Shown here one piece after another: positions 49,296 to 63,855 of a DNA stretch of 64,000 bases (its first letter is position 1; each line of letters begins with the position of its first letter). The stretch is from Octopus sinensis (Eukaryota): NCBI RefSeq assembly GCF_006345805.1, contig NW_021836127.1, positions 1-64,000 on the forward strand. Direction: 5' to 3'. The notes beneath the pieces were generated by a model, which did not search any database, had not been told where the DNA came from, and was given only the letters and a program-made list of their open reading frames with translations. A program made the position numbers and the translations under genes.

Positions 49296-50569
49296 ATGTT
49301 GATTCGGAATTTTTTAACATGTTTAAGAAGATCAACGTTTATTCGAATAATTATAACATTTCTATTCTTATATGTAACATATTACATGTTCTTTCACGAT
49401 TCTACTATTCAAGATATTGAGAACACAAACTATGATTGTCGTAAATTGATAAACGGAGACAAAAATGAAATCTTAAAGCGACAATTTGAAATAGACCATT
49501 CTTATTCTGGTGATATACAAATTCCTTCTTGTTCAGAATTTATTGATTCTCGTGGTTATCTGAATTATCCGATTTCTCAAATTGAAATGAATAATAAATT
49601 AGCTTTTATATTGGTCATTTATAAAGATTCAAAACAAGTTGAAAAACTTTTGAGATCTATTTACAGGTCGAATAATATTTATTGCATTCACATTGACAAA
49701 AAATCGAAACCTACTTTCCATAATGGAATAAAAAATTTATCGAGTTGTCTTGAAAATGTTTTTATTTTGGAAAAATCCTACGATGTCCAATGGGGAGAAA
49801 TCACAACTTTATTACCAGAGATTGACTGTATGCGAGAACTAGTGGAGAAATACAACATTGATTGGAAATACGTTATTAATTTGACTGGACAGGAATTCCC
49901 TTTAAAAACAAATTATGAATTAGCCAAAATTACTCAAGCACTGAATGGGGCTAATTGGATCGAATTTGAATCCACTTTGCCGTATAATTTAAAATCTATT
50001 TTAGAAAATATCGATATTTTTGGAATTCTATAAATTTTATAAAAGTTCCATATGGATTGACATTGTATAAGGGACCGGTTCATGCGATCATGTCGCGAGG
50101 ATTTGTCGAATTTGTAGTTAAGGAAAAAAGTGCTCGAGTGTTTCTAGACTATTTGTCTACCACGATGATTCCAGATGAGACATTTTACGCTACATTGAAC
50201 TTTAATAGCCATATTCTTAGAGTTCCGGGAGCTTATACAGGTAAGGTCTAAACATATCTTTATTTGGTTATAGGAACTAAAAAGTTGAAAAATTCTGATT
50301 TATATTTTCTTAATATCAGTAATAGGTACAAGCAATGGAAGCCAAAAATTTGTTATGGATTTTATTCGAGAGATATTTGTATTTTAGGGTCGGGTGACAT
50401 ACATTTGATGCTCAAGAGTATTTCACTATTTGCAAATAAATTTTTTTCGTATTATGAACCAACTGCTTCAAACTGTTTGGAACGCCAAATTCGAGAAAAA
50501 TCATATGAAAATTCAGATTTTGATGTCAGTTTTTATAGTCAGCTTGATTTTGTTCAAAATCACGTATGA
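49296..50569 (+). CDS. GCNT: Core-2/I-branching beta-1,6-N-acetylglucosaminyltransferase (GT14)
   Basis: Type II TM anchor; LAFILVIYKD, LLRSIYRSNNIYCIHIDKKS, WKYVINLTGQEFPLKTN, IPDETFYATL, RDICILG, LFANKF; two introns (23 and 33 nt) give a continuous frame. Confidence 0.92.
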
Positions 50570-50699
50570 ATTGATTTTTCGATTTATATTCATCGTCGAT
50601 TAATTAATTTGGGTCAAAGGAATTTATTTTTCTATTTTTTAATTGAAATAATTATATTATAGAAAAATTTTTTGTTACTTTTAAAAACTACAATTTTTA

Positions 50700-52620
50700 A
50701 ATAGGTGCAATATTCACCATTATAAACATTTACAGCCAGATAGATTATGTAATCTGTCGATCTAAAGACAAAGCTTTTTTCATGACGCAAGGTCATTTGG
50801 TGGGTCAAACATTGACAGTGACCACAAAATCGTCATTGCAGGAATATCACTGAAGAAACATCTAAACAAAACAAATATCAAAGGGTGACAGGATATCCTT
50901 AGGAAGAGAAAACTCGACCTAAATGGACTCTCAATACAACAAAAGGGAGATAACTATAGGAAATGCCTTGATACTTATTTGCAAAGTGTGGAAACAAATT
51001 AACCATTCGGAGAAACAGCTCATGGAAACAGAGCATCCCAGGAAATTGGAGTTGGAAATAACTCCTGCAGAAGTGCAAAGAGCATGTGCTAAGCTCAAAA
51101 CAATAAAAGCCCAGGACCAGACGAACTAGGACCAGAGTTACTCAAGTATGGAAGTGAAAAGCTAAATGTCCTCATTGCGGACCTCTTCAACGGAATGTTT
51201 AAAAAAACAACTATTTACCCCTAGGACGAGGGATACTGGTCCCTGTCCAAAAACCGAACAAAGCTAAGGGAAAAGTGGAGAATCTGAGGCCAGTAATTCT
51301 TATGAATAGCATACGGAAAGTTCTTGCAATCATTGCGCTAGAAAAAATAAAACCTCGCACCGAACTATTTATATACGCTTTTCACAGCGTATTTAGGAAG
51401 GAAGATCGACTTCTGACATCGTGTGGACCCATAGATGGCATTGTTCCGCCATTCAAAGGTTCAAAAATGCGACATACATTCTTGGCATTGATATGTCAAG
51501 AGCTTTTGACTCGATTAATCGTCAGAAATTAATGGAAGTCCTCGCAGGATTTCTTGATGAATCTTTTATCCGGATGATCAGGGCACTCTTATCAGAAACC
51601 TATCTATCGGTAGGGTACGAGACAAGTGCTCTAAACCATTTGAAACAACATCTGGAACATTCAAGGGGATCCGTTATCTCCTATACTGTTTGTCATATAT
51701 CTGGAAGCTGCATTGAGATAACTAAAACCATACTATGAAGGAAAGATCAATGTGGTGGCATACGCGGATTACGTGGATTTTATTTCTTCCGACAGGTACG
51801 CTCTGGAAAGCCTACTGGAAGTAATGTCAAATAGACTTGCTGAGTCGTTCCTCAATGTAAATGTGGAGAAAACAGAATTTACTGAACTAGCAAGACTGAC
51901 GTCTAAGCTGGACGAACATTGGAGAAAAGTAAAGAAACTTGGATTTCTATGGGAGACGAACAAGACGTGATTATGCGAAAAACACATGCAAACAGTGCAC
52001 TACGCAGCTTAAAGAAAAATAGGCTAAAACACAAAGGACTCAGCACAAAAACACGGATACGACTATACAATTCACTAGTAAATCCTATACTCATATATAA
52101 CGCCGGAACTTGGGGACTTTCCGCTAAAGACAATGACAACCTAGACTCTTTTCATAGAGATCACCTCCGACGTACTCTAGCATCCAAGTGGCATTCAAGG
52201 CTGAGTAGCAGAACAGTTTATGCTAGAACATCAAGCAAACCAATCTCGCTCGAAATTACCGAATGCAGATCGAGGCTCTTTGGACACATTCTAAGAATGG
52301 ATTTGGATGCACCGGTAAACGCCGCTATGGAGGACTATTTCGAAGCTGGGGGCCATCGTTTCAGTGGGCAACCAAGAAATATTCTCCCGGGTACGCTTGA
52401 TAGAGACCTAAAGAGGGCTGGTAAAGAACTGAAGGACGGGGACAATTTCGATGCACTACGGAACGTTGCCCAAGATCGCGGGAAATGGAATAAACTAATT
52501 ACTCTTATTGTTTCCTGTGCTGCACATGCTTGTCATGATCCATGGCATCGCGAAAGTGCTTGTAATAATTCATTAACTTAGTGTCAAAGGATTTCAAGTG
52601 AAACATACACATGTTGGTCC
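50700..52620 (+). mobile_element. RTE-like LINE, 5'-truncated and frameshifted
   Basis: APE tail (QIDYVIC...SDHK), NLRPVILMNSIRK, GIDMSRAFDSINR, VAYADYVDF, RLYNSLVNPILIYNAGTW, LFGHILR. Confidence 0.88.
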
Positions 52621-53052
52621 TCAGATATTACTTTTTGATAGCAACTAAGACTTGTAATTGGTTTTTTACTAACAAAAATATCTATGAGGAGTGTGAAAGT
52701 TAGATTTTGTCAAAACAGACTGAAAACTTGTAATATTGATTTAAAAATGTATTAAATTGAAAATATGTCTTTGTAAAATTTTGTTTGATTGTACAGATCT
52801 TTTATTCGTCATTCATAAATGATTGGAACTCTAAATAAAAATAATTGACTGAATTTTATTATGGATGAAACAAAATTCGAATTTATTTTTACAGAAGCGA
52901 CACTTGTATGATACATGAGAAATATTTTTTAGGTGAACTTGTACATTTATATTAATTGTATTGCTAATGTAAATATTTTTTTAATCAAATTAACTTTCAG
53001 TTTAAATCTCTTGATAATAAATTTTAAATATTTTATTTAAAAGAACTTGAAA

Positions 53053-54727
53053 TTACTCTTGAGAAAAGTCGGCTATCAATAATTTTTGCATAAAAGACGA
53101 CACATAAACTAAATTTTTTATTAATATGTAAAAACCTGATATTTTATTATATTTTTTAAGTTTTGGAAGTTTTTTTACAAAAATATAATAAGTTGGAATT
53201 CCAACTAGAATCATTAGTAGCGATAGCCCACACCCAACTGGATCAGCAAAAAGAGAGCTTATCAGAAGAAAAATCCCCACAAAAATATAAAATACTGGAA
53301 AAAATAAAAACGTCTGGATAACTTAATTATTTGAGTACCCTGAACGTCGGATTATATGATTTATCTTTTTTTCTCATATACAACAAAGTAGACACAGTAG
53401 CTGTATAAAATAAAACTTCTGCAAATGTCGAAAAACGTATGAGCAGTTCAATGTCATTTATTATCACAAAAATAATAGAATATAGTGCCTAAGGTTTACA
53501 ATTATTTATAAATAACAGTGAAAAATATTGACATGAAAGGAGTTTTGAATTTGATTGTGACCAGAGAGAATATTTTAGGAAGATTTCCATCTCTTCCTGC
53601 AACAAAAAATATTCTATTAAAGTACTCAGAAAAATATCAGTAACCTCGACAAAGACATGAATGCACCATTTATGCTTCCAAAAGTAGACAACATGACAAA
53701 GATAGGCAAAAGTTTTTGTAAAATATATGATATTTCTTCTGCAAAAGTCTAAAATTTCAAAATATGTATTTTACTAATCCAATAGCGTCAGTAAGTAAAA
53801 TTTTATTTTTTGGAATAACTATAAAATAGACGAAATTGACAAATGTATATATAGACGTTACTAAAAGTAAAGAACTGACGATTGCAATTGGAATATCTCT
53901 AAATTTTGAAAAATTGAAATGATTTTACCTTTTAGGTTTTTTCAATTCTTCACTGATTGTATTAAGGGAATTCCTTTAAAATGATATTTAATTGACAAAC
54001 CATCCAGCATATGAAAATATCCCTCCATAGAATGCTAATGCAATTTTTCCTACATTGCTATTGGTTCTATCAAAGTTTATTCTTTTAATTAAACTTGGGT
54101 CTATTAATTAATATAATTCTATTCCTTTTATCAGTTCATAAATCCCATACTTATTATTATAAGTAAAGAAATGACTTTAGCTGCAGTAAATACATTTTGA
54201 AGCATCGAAGCTGCCCTGGCACTTACACAATTCAGTCCTCCAAGAATGACTTTATAAAATATAAATTTTGATAATACTTATAGCCATAAGTGATACAATA
54301 CTAAGTATTTTGTTTGGAGGATGACAGCCAGTATATATTGACTTGAGAGTGTACTGTCCAAATGCCAGTGCTGTGACTGAATGGAGGCGGGCAATATTAT
54401 AACTAAGAGTGTCCATGAATACAGAAATGAGGCCAAATTTCCATAAGCCTGTCCTAAATAAGCATATTCTCCTCCAGATTTAGTGATGGCGGATCCTAGC
54501 TCGGCATAACAAAGTCCTCCTGTCAAAGAAATAAATCCTGTAGAGATCCATATAAGTAAACTGAAGCCAGTAGACCCTGTTTGCTAAAAATATTTCAAAA
54601 AATCAAATACAGTCAGCACAAATGAAGAAGATATAAATATTCCACTTCCGATGATGAATCCGATTATTATCGAAATACTGTCTATAAGTGTCAAATGTTT
54701 CTTTAAATCAGTATGTGAATCAGTCAT
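53053..54727 (-). CDS. SLC7: SLC7 L-type amino acid transporter (LAT family) with two apparent 1-bp frameshifts
   Basis: IIGFIIGSGIFIS, GGLCYAELGSAITKSGGEYAYL, LAFYGGIFSYAGWNSLN, EELKKPKRDIP, GRDGNLP, GIPTYYIFV. Frame breaks at about 54380 and 54145. Confidence 0.85.
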
Positions 54728-54848
54728 TACGTTTTATTTAATTCCTGACATATTTATTTAACCGTGATTTTACTTTCTAGGAATTTGAATACCGGCATAG
54801 CATAAAGAAATAATCAATCGAAAAAAAAACTTAACCAAAATAGCTAAT

Positions 54849-54915
54849 TAAGAGTCAGCAGTGGCTGCACCTCGGATTGCAAGCGAGTTACCTCGCAAGA
54901 TTGCGAGCATATATT
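54849..54915 (-). mobile_element. Very short CRE-like 3' fragment
   Basis: AILRGNSLAIRGAATADS*, close to 24779-24897. Confidence 0.6.
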
Positions 54916-55259
54916 TATGGATCTATGTTAATTAGACTGCTTATCGTTGAGAATTGATAGATTCAAAGATAACTGTTTAAATGTTTCACGTCGAATAAAT
55001 GCTGGAAAGATTCCTGGCCATTCGACTTTTTATGAAATAATCAAAAGGACAAGCTCTATGTTGTATCATTAATCAGGAAATAGTTTAACAGTATGGACAT
55101 ATATTTTGATACATGTGAAATGATGACTTTCAAGTAATCTACGAATAGTTAAATTTGTAAAGGAAAAACATTTTTAATTAAAAATTATGAAAGATTTATT
55201 TTAATTTTACGAATTAAAAATTTATTTTTTAAATTATACAAAGTCGTTTTGTTGCGGCT

Positions 55260-55620
55260 TATTGTATTTTTAGGTTAATTTATGGAGTCACATGAAAAAT
55301 TTAAAACTATCTATTTAAGAAGAGGTAGATAAAATATACCTTAATTTTATTCAGATATTTCCAAATCAGTGGAACTCCTTCAAAAACTTCATGCATGTTA
55401 AGTTACATCTTAAATATTTTCTAGCTAAAAAAATTCCAAAAAATGATTTACTGAAACTTATGCGTGTAATGGAAAGCGATCTTTTCCTCACTGTGAGTGA
55501 TCTTTACTCAAATCTTTACGAAAAGATTTCCAATAGTGGAAGAGAAAAACCCTGCACAAGTCACTAAAGCGGTATAAAAAATAAGTAAACTAATTCAAAA
55601 ATTAATTCTTACAAAAATAT
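55260..55620 (+). mobile_element. Possible decayed hAT (ZMYM1-like) C-terminal fragment
   Basis: Weak resemblance to the xPNL...SKLKLIKTYLR dimerisation region; many disruptions. Confidence 0.3.
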
Positions 55621-58534
55621 ATTTAGGCCACAATAAATGGAGTTACCCCATATGGTGCATGCATAAAGAAACAAGGCACGATGTACTGGTTATATAGACA
55701 TCCAAGTACTGGGTGCTTTCCAAACTTCCAAAAAGACACTTCAATACGTTGGTCTTCCTTTCGCATTTTGTCAAGACGTTTTCCACGTGAGGAGATAAGC
55801 ACTGACCTTTGGTGGTCTTTGAGTGAAATTTATACGTAGAACTTCATAAGATTGTTGAGATCCTTTCGGTATGGTCATCCTCCGATGGCTTATTCTCAGA
55901 GCAGGCAGTTTTCCGGATGACTTTCAAATTGATGCTGTCAAACTGTTTCTGTTCACGGAGGAAAGAACTCGCGACCATTTGCTTCTCTGGGCATAGAGCT
56001 CCTCGTTTCTTATTTCTTCGTTCAGGGCTTTCAATCGGAGCTCTCCAAAGTTGGTTTGGCAGACTTTTTGAGTTGGATCCTTTCTTTTTCTAGGCGTGCC
56101 TTGCCAACCTTTTTCGAGAATTTTTTGTGATGTTTTGGAGCAGACATAGAAAAAGCCGCCAGTATAGAACTGTTGACGTCGGCAATTATTTTATCCAGAA
56201 AAAGATTCCTGATTTGCGATTCCCTCTTGAGTCCGACGTTTGTCGAGCAAACCAGAGGGGGTGCTTACGTCCTTGAATAAACAAATTGAAAAAATGTAAG
56301 ATCACGACATAGCGAAAATGACATGTGTAATAATAATTTAGTTTTAAAATTGCAAATTATAATTATGAAATTATGAGAAAATTTTTATAAGAAAAAAAAA
56401 GTAAATGTTCTCAATGAGAATATGCAATTAACCAATTTATGCAATTAACTGATATATTTTAAATAGAAAGCATATAAATTATGGTTTTAAATGTGCTGCT
56501 AAGAAGGCTGAAGATTTAAAGCTGTCCAAATATTCTTTCCTTTTGGATGAGTTTTTCGTGGTGCCGATAGCGGTGGAGACGTCGGGTGCTCTTGGTCCAA
56601 AGACGGAAAAGTTCCTCCGCAAGCTTGGGGCCAAAATCTCCATTCGCACTTACGATTCTCGGGAGGTGGACTGGCTTCTTCAGCGGTCTTCGATCGCCGT
56701 TATCCGGGGGAACAGTTTGGTGATCCGCCAGGCTGCTGGGCCTTCCTTTGATTAATCTTTTATCACTTTTGCTCGAACTAAAAAAATTGAAAAAGAAAAT
56801 TTCAAGTTTTAAACATAAATTTATGACATTAACCAATTTATGCAATTAATCGACATGCAATAAACCAATGTTGACTGTACTCCAGATTTGGAAGAAAAAT
56901 AATTTTTCTCTCAGTTGAGAAGAGAAACGGGCAAGTTGATATATAACTATAAGGGAACTCAAAACATGCGAGTGATAAAATAGGAAAATATTAGCAATTT
57001 TTAGTGGTTCTATATTGGATGATGTACGGAGTACAAAAGTATTAAAAAACAGCCAGAATATTCATTATTTTTAGAAAACTAGTTATTAAAGTTAAAACTA
57101 ACAAATAGATATATTACTAAGTTTGTGTATAATGTTAAGTCGTGTCCAGTTCAGGTAAGTTTTAATCGATTATTATTTTTTCGCGCGTGGATTTTTTTTA
57201 AAATTCAATTAGATACTTATAGATGGATGTTTTTGATGCCGTACAATACATTTAACCAAAATTAGGTCTGAAGAATTATCAACTCTTCCTTATTTATGGA
57301 ATATGGTTTTGTGCCAATTGTGTGAATATATACGGGACGCACACAGTATATAGAGTAAATCATTACATCAGACTTGAAATGAGAATAGATTGCGAAAGGT
57401 TGACTTGCAGTCGCCACAAACTAAATAAATCCTTTATAATAAATAAGATATTTCTTGATGTATTTTTATTCTAAAAGTGTATGCTTTCCTTTTTATTTGT
57501 CTGGTAGAAAATTTTTGTAAGACCATCAATTTTACTGCTTTAATTTTATCAATTTTGCGTGCATACGCTTCAACACGAATTCATTACGGCGACCAACCAG
57601 TTAGTTTGAAATGACAAACCAATTTTGCAAAGACTTTTTGTATTAAACAAATGAACAAATAATGAATGACTCGTAGAATGAAAGTGATAGTGCGTTGGTG
57701 GATAGTTCTCCCAAGAGGAGAACAATTTCCCGAGACCAGGGTCAATTAATTAATTAATTTTGCATTTTTGGTTTAGTCAATTTTGCACTATTAATTAGTT
57801 GGGTTTCTAGTAACATAATACTATTTTTGGAATTTTTTAAATAATAAAATAAATCATTTGTTCACACTATTTTTGGAATTTCGAGGGTTCATTTTTCATC
57901 TAAAGAGAACTCATTCAATTTGCTTGATCGTTTTTACAGCCCCATGGACAGCAGAGTTAATGTTGATTTCTGAAGCCGAACCCGAGAAGATTGAGAAATA
58001 GGACAAAACAATAATAATTTTAAGAGTTTTCATATACTTTTATAAATTAAAATTGTAAACCATTCTCAAGTGTGTTTTGATAAGTAGGAGGTTAATATAG
58101 TCTTTCCATACTGAAAAATACACAATTGACAGTATAATTTAAGAAAACTTTTCTAAGTGTATTTCAATCTGTTAAATTATAAGTATAATTAATTTAACCA
58201 CAGATAAAAAAAATCATGTTGCTGATGTAATTGACTAAAATATTGTGTCATTTATTTTTTTATAATGGATTAGCCATTTATAATAGATGATGAAATAACC
58301 AATAAAAATTTTTTTTAAATACAAATTTCAGATTGATAAACATTTTCTGATAATTTTTTTGATTTAGTAATTTATATTCCAAATTGAAATAAGTTCATTT
58401 GTTGTTTAAATTCTAAAAATGTTCAAATTTGTTTTTTTAAATGGATTTCGAATTAATTTTCTAATGCCAATAAAAATTCCAATTAACGAAAGTTTACTAT
58501 AAATATGACTTAATTTCAAATTTTCGAAATAAAT

Positions 58535-60575
58535 ATGGATAAAGAAAATCTTACAGTAAAACACGAAACATGGTCACGGAAATTTGATTTTCTCGTTTCT
58601 GCAATGGGACTTTGCATTGGATTTGGAAATGTCTGGAGATTTCCATATTTATGTTATAAACACGGTGGAGGTAATGATTTTTTTTGATAAAAATAAATAG
58701 GAGCGTTTCTTATTGCCTATTTTTCAGCTGCAGTTGTTTGTGGAATCCCAATATTTTATCTTGAATGTTTTCTAGGACAAATTACAAGACGATCTCCCTA
58801 CATTGTTTGGAAATTTTGTCCACTTTTTGAAGGTAATAAAAAACATTATTTTTAAGGTCTTGGATTGGGATTTTTAATGGTCAATATTTATATCGGATTT
58901 TATTTGATACAAATATTGTCTTGGGTGTTTTATTACATGTTTGCATCATTTATCAATCCATTACCGTGGACATATTGCAATCCTGCATGGGCGAGCAATA
59001 GATGCTTAACAAACTTTACGTTAGTCGCGGCAAACTCATCTTACTATACAGATCCAGTGAATGAATATTTTAGGTATGCATATTTTCAATTTTATTAAAA
59101 GAAATCAAGTTTTGAAATTGAGTCCATCTATTAACAATATTGGGTCAATTAATTATCCTCTTGTAGGATGTTCATTACTTGCATATATAATATGTTATTT
59201 TGTTATATGGAAAGGTATTAGAATATCTGGAAAGGTTTTTTGAGAGATTTATTTTAGATAATGTATTTAACGTCACTTTTACCATTTGTATTAATTTTTG
59301 TACTTTTATGTCGAAGTTGTTCATTAAAAGGTGCTATAGTTGGCATCAAATATTATCTTTCTCCAAATTTTAAAACTTTAACAAAAATTGATGTATAATG
59401 AGATTTATAATTGCACAGGTCTGGTCAGATGCTGGAGGACAAATATTTTTTTCATATGGCGTTGCTTGTGGAGTACTCACTGCTCTTGCATCTCACAATA
59501 AACTTGATCACAATGTTTATATGTAATATATTTTTTATTATATAATAAGGGATTCGATTCGTTGTACAATTATGAATTCAGTTTGTAGCCTACTTTCAGG
59601 ATTTGTGATATTTCCTGTACTTGGCTTTATGGCTCAGCGACAAAATGTACATATTAGCGACGTTGCTGATTCTGGTATAAATTTCAGTCATACTAATTTT
59701 ATAGGTCCTGGGCTAGCATTTATTGCTTATCCAAGAGCTCTGGCAGAATTAAAAGGATCGAATGTTTGGTCATTCTTCTTTTTTTTAGCGTTGATTTTTA
59801 TTGGAATTGATTCTGCGGTTTATAATGTAATAATAAATTATTTCAGTTCATTACATTGGAAACAAGCGTTTTATCAATCGAGGATATGTTAGAGGGACGA
59901 TTTAAAATAAAATATCGAAAAGAAATTATATCTTTAATATTGTCTGTTGCGTCATTTCTTGTCGGACTATCGATGAATACCAACGTAAATGTATTCAAAC
60001 AATAGTTTAGGGAGGAATGTATGTATTTCAAATCATAAACTATTTTCCTCTTAGTCAATTTTTAATAATCACGGGAATATTGGAAGGTGTTATAGTCGCT
60101 TGGATATACGGTTTGTATTTTAATTTTATTTTTAGGCTACGATAGATTTCAGGAAGATTTGAAATTTTTAAATTTACAGAGCCAAGGAAAAATTTTTAAA
60201 TATGTGCTTTGTATATTGACCCCGATATTTGGACTGGTATTTTTATATTAAACTAATTTAGACTATTTTTATCTTAAATACTCTTCTTTCTACAACCATT
60301 AGTTATGATGGTTATATTTTTCCATGGTGGGCTACAGTAGTTGGATGGGTTTTAAATTGCACAATTCTTTTTCCAATTCTTGGTTTCGGAATCTATAATT
60401 TTTACAAACTTGATGAAAAAAATCTTATTAAAGTTTTTTATTTTAAATCCATATTTTTAAATAGAGATTCATGTTACTTTTGAAGTGTAAGGATCTCGTG
60501 ACAGACGAAATTAATGAAATCAAGAAGGAAATTGACAAAACCAAAACTGATCAAAACATTTTATCTTATCTATAA
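58535..60575 (+). CDS. SLC6: SLC6 transporter, copy B
   Basis: Same exon structure and motifs as 42853-44892. Confidence 0.95.
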
Positions 60576-61036
60576 AAAATTAATTAAAATATAATACTCT
60601 ATAACAATTTATTCGAATATTTTTTTATTAATTTTTTAAACGAATAATACTTAATTATAAATTGGAAGTATTTTTAGTAGTAGATTTTCAAATGTGGTAG
60701 TTCATGTAATCACAAAAATAAGAAAATGTTTATTTATTTGAAATTAATTAATTAGTTTTAAAGCCCTAAAAATTAAAAATTTAGCTTGAAAAATTTCATT
60801 TTTATTCCGAAAAACTTCTTAACGACGTTTATCAAAATTGACAAGAATAACACTCGAAAAAAGCCAAATACTAATGGACTGCTGTTAATAATTGGTTCTT
60901 TGAAATTTTTATCAAATGTCTAAAATATATTTAAATGATAATACTTTAATCATTTTTTGAGTAATATCTAGAAATTTTATTATTTCTAAATAATGTTCTT
61001 CTTTCTCTGGTTCACGTTCAACTTCTTCATATATTT

Positions 61037-62680
61037 TTATCTAAGAAAACATAAATGATTTTGTTCTAAAATTAATACTTGTTCTCTTAAAATAGCATTA
61101 TTATCAGTTAAATTCGTATTGAATTCTTTCTTAGTGGCAATAATTGAAATCAGGTATATTCCGAGTACAAATACCCATCCCAACATAATATAAACATTAG
61201 CATTCATCATAGAATTGTATTTTAGCGACAATTTAATATAGTATAATATTAAAAATGCCAAAATTACAAAAATAAAAAACGCCCATTTGATTATCATTTG
61301 TATTGAACTACAAGGTTCCGATTTCTTAAAAAGAATATTCAATTAAATACTTTGACATAAGATCTTAAATGAAGCCATACCTTAATGTTGTTAAATGAAT
61401 TCAGCCTAAAATAAACAATGGATTTTATTTTTGATTTTTGAAAAGATGTAACTGACATAAAATATTTACAGTAATTCATTTTCTAATTTTTTACAAAATT
61501 TATACTTGTTTCCAAGATTTGTCAGCAAGAAAAATCAAAAATATTCCAAATAAGTTTATAAATGATGCCTGTAAAATTAGAAAACAGGAAATTATTTTTT
61601 CCCTATTGTTTAATTAATATGCAATACGTTTTAGAACATCCAAATAAAATATTTAGTATTTGTATTAACTGGATTGGTTCGACGTCTGCCACACTTTCTT
61701 TCCACTTAAAAAATGGCAGAATAATTGCAATCATCATTGATAAAATAACAGCAAAGAATATATGAAATTTCGAATTATTCGATTTATTTATTCTATGAGT
61801 CATAATATCAAAAATATCAGTTGCTGTTAAATGAAATTGTTTTAAAGTTCCATTTCTATCAATTTCACATTGAACTGATAATTAAAGTTATTTATCAAAT
61901 ATAAACCTTTTAATTCAGCAAGATTCTATTAAAAAATTAACTTAAATAAAAAACATTGTTCATGTCGGTTATTGTTCGGCCGTCTTTTTTTTGATTTGAG
62001 ATTATAATAGAATCATTCTTATAAATTATTTCCCTGCATATTAACGATAAATCATACTCATAGTCAATATGTGAGTAAATGATCGTAATTATTAAATAAG
62101 TAATCATATTTGATTTAAATATTGAATATATCTAAAATATAATTTATATTTTAACCATTAAATTTGACACCATTATATTATAATAAATGTCTAGCAGAAA
62201 AATTATGAGATTGCTAAAATAAAAAAATATTAGAATATTGAATGCAAATCCAATTTTTTCTTTCCACCTTTTTATTACATTGTTGAAAAAAATACCATAA
62301 TTTGTAACATGAAGCGAGTATTGCTCTTTTTAATCCTAAGATTATAATATGACCAATTTTCTGACATAACTTATTATTTGAAGTCATTTCACCTAATAAA
62401 TAATAATTTTTTTCAAATTTACAATCAATTATGTTTGTGTCTAACACTTCGATGTTGGACTCAATATTCTCTATTATTTGACCATTTTCTAAAATTTTCT
62501 ATTAAAAGTATAGTTTTTAATTCTAACTTCAATTTGACAATCTTCAAAATTGACTGGTTTGTCAAATCTTTTGAACTAAGGAAAATATTAATATTGTCTT
62601 CAACCTTGTTTTCAAGCCAATTTTCAATTTGATTTAACATTCTGTGACTAAAATTGTTAATATTCTATTTATATAAACCC
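61037..62680 (-). CDS. Uncharacterised multi-pass membrane protein, copy B (possible frameshift near 62290)
   Basis: Colinear with 45353-46990; an extra A in the run at about 62286-62292 shifts KLWYFFNNLIKRWK to KLWYFFQQCNKK. Confidence 0.45.
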
Positions 62681-62967
62681 TAATTTAATGTTATGTAATA
62701 AAAAATTTAATTGTATACATATTAATTATTTCATAGACAATCTAACTGATTGAATAAAGGTTAATTTTATTTAAACTTTAATGAGTTTTTTAGTCAAAAT
62801 TTGGTTTAGTACATGATTGTAGGATTTACTTGTGATGCATTACAACTCTACTGATTATAAAAATAATTCCAAAACTTTATATAGGTTTTAATTATTTATA
62901 AAAATATAATATAATAACATTATGTGGAAGTTTTTTTAATTTATAAATAAAATATTACCACGTTAAG

Positions 62968-63855
62968 ATGACTGACGTTGTTATGTTTGTATTTATTCAA
63001 ATTATTTTTATTAATATTTTGACTATGAGATTAATTTATTTGGTTTATTTAGGACAGATATTCCAAGAGTTGTGCCAGAGACTTACTTAAAAAGACGAAA
63101 GGTTATTCAGGCCCAGAAAAAATTATTTAAAATGGACAAAGAACAAAGCCGAAAAGTATTCCATCAAAATAACACTAAAAGAATTTCCTAGAACGTAAAA
63201 AAGACATAATTGCACGTGGAGAGAAATATCACCAACAATATAAAGAAATGAACGAAGAAAAACTCGCATCTCATCGAATTGCAAAAGCAGAAAACAAAAT
63301 ATTCGTAGAAGAGGAGCCCAAAGTGGCCTTTGTAATCAGAATACGCGGGTAAATAAAAAATGATATTTTAAGAATTCGTAAATGCCCTCCCAAAACTCGA
63401 AAAATACTGCAATTGCTCCGATTGAGGCAAATTAATAACGGAATCTTCATTAAGCTTAATAAAGCCACAATGAATATGCTGAGATTGGCCCAAACTCATC
63501 TCACGTGGGGATATCCTTCGTTGAGGACTGTCCGCAGTCTTGTCTATAAACGAGGAGCAGGAAGGATTGACAATCGCATTATTCCTCTTACGAATAATTT
63601 TATGATTGAGCAGAAACTTGGTTTGGTTGTGTTTTATAATTTATAGGGAAATATGACATTGTTTGTATGGAGGATTTAGTGCATGAAATATTCACTGCTG
63701 GTCCAAAGTTTAGGGAGGCGACTAATTTTATGGCGCCTTTCCATTTGAGTTCTCCTCGCGGAGGGTGGATGAGAAAAGCTCATCATTTTGTTGAGAATGG
63801 AGATTATGGAAATCGGGAGAATGAGATAAATAAGTTAGTTTCCAGGATGATTTAA
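62968..63855 (+). CDS. RPL7: 60S ribosomal protein L7, copy B
   Basis: Same structure as copy A, with substitutions RGAK to RGEK, HQEY to HQQY and AGSK to AGPK. Confidence 0.97.
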
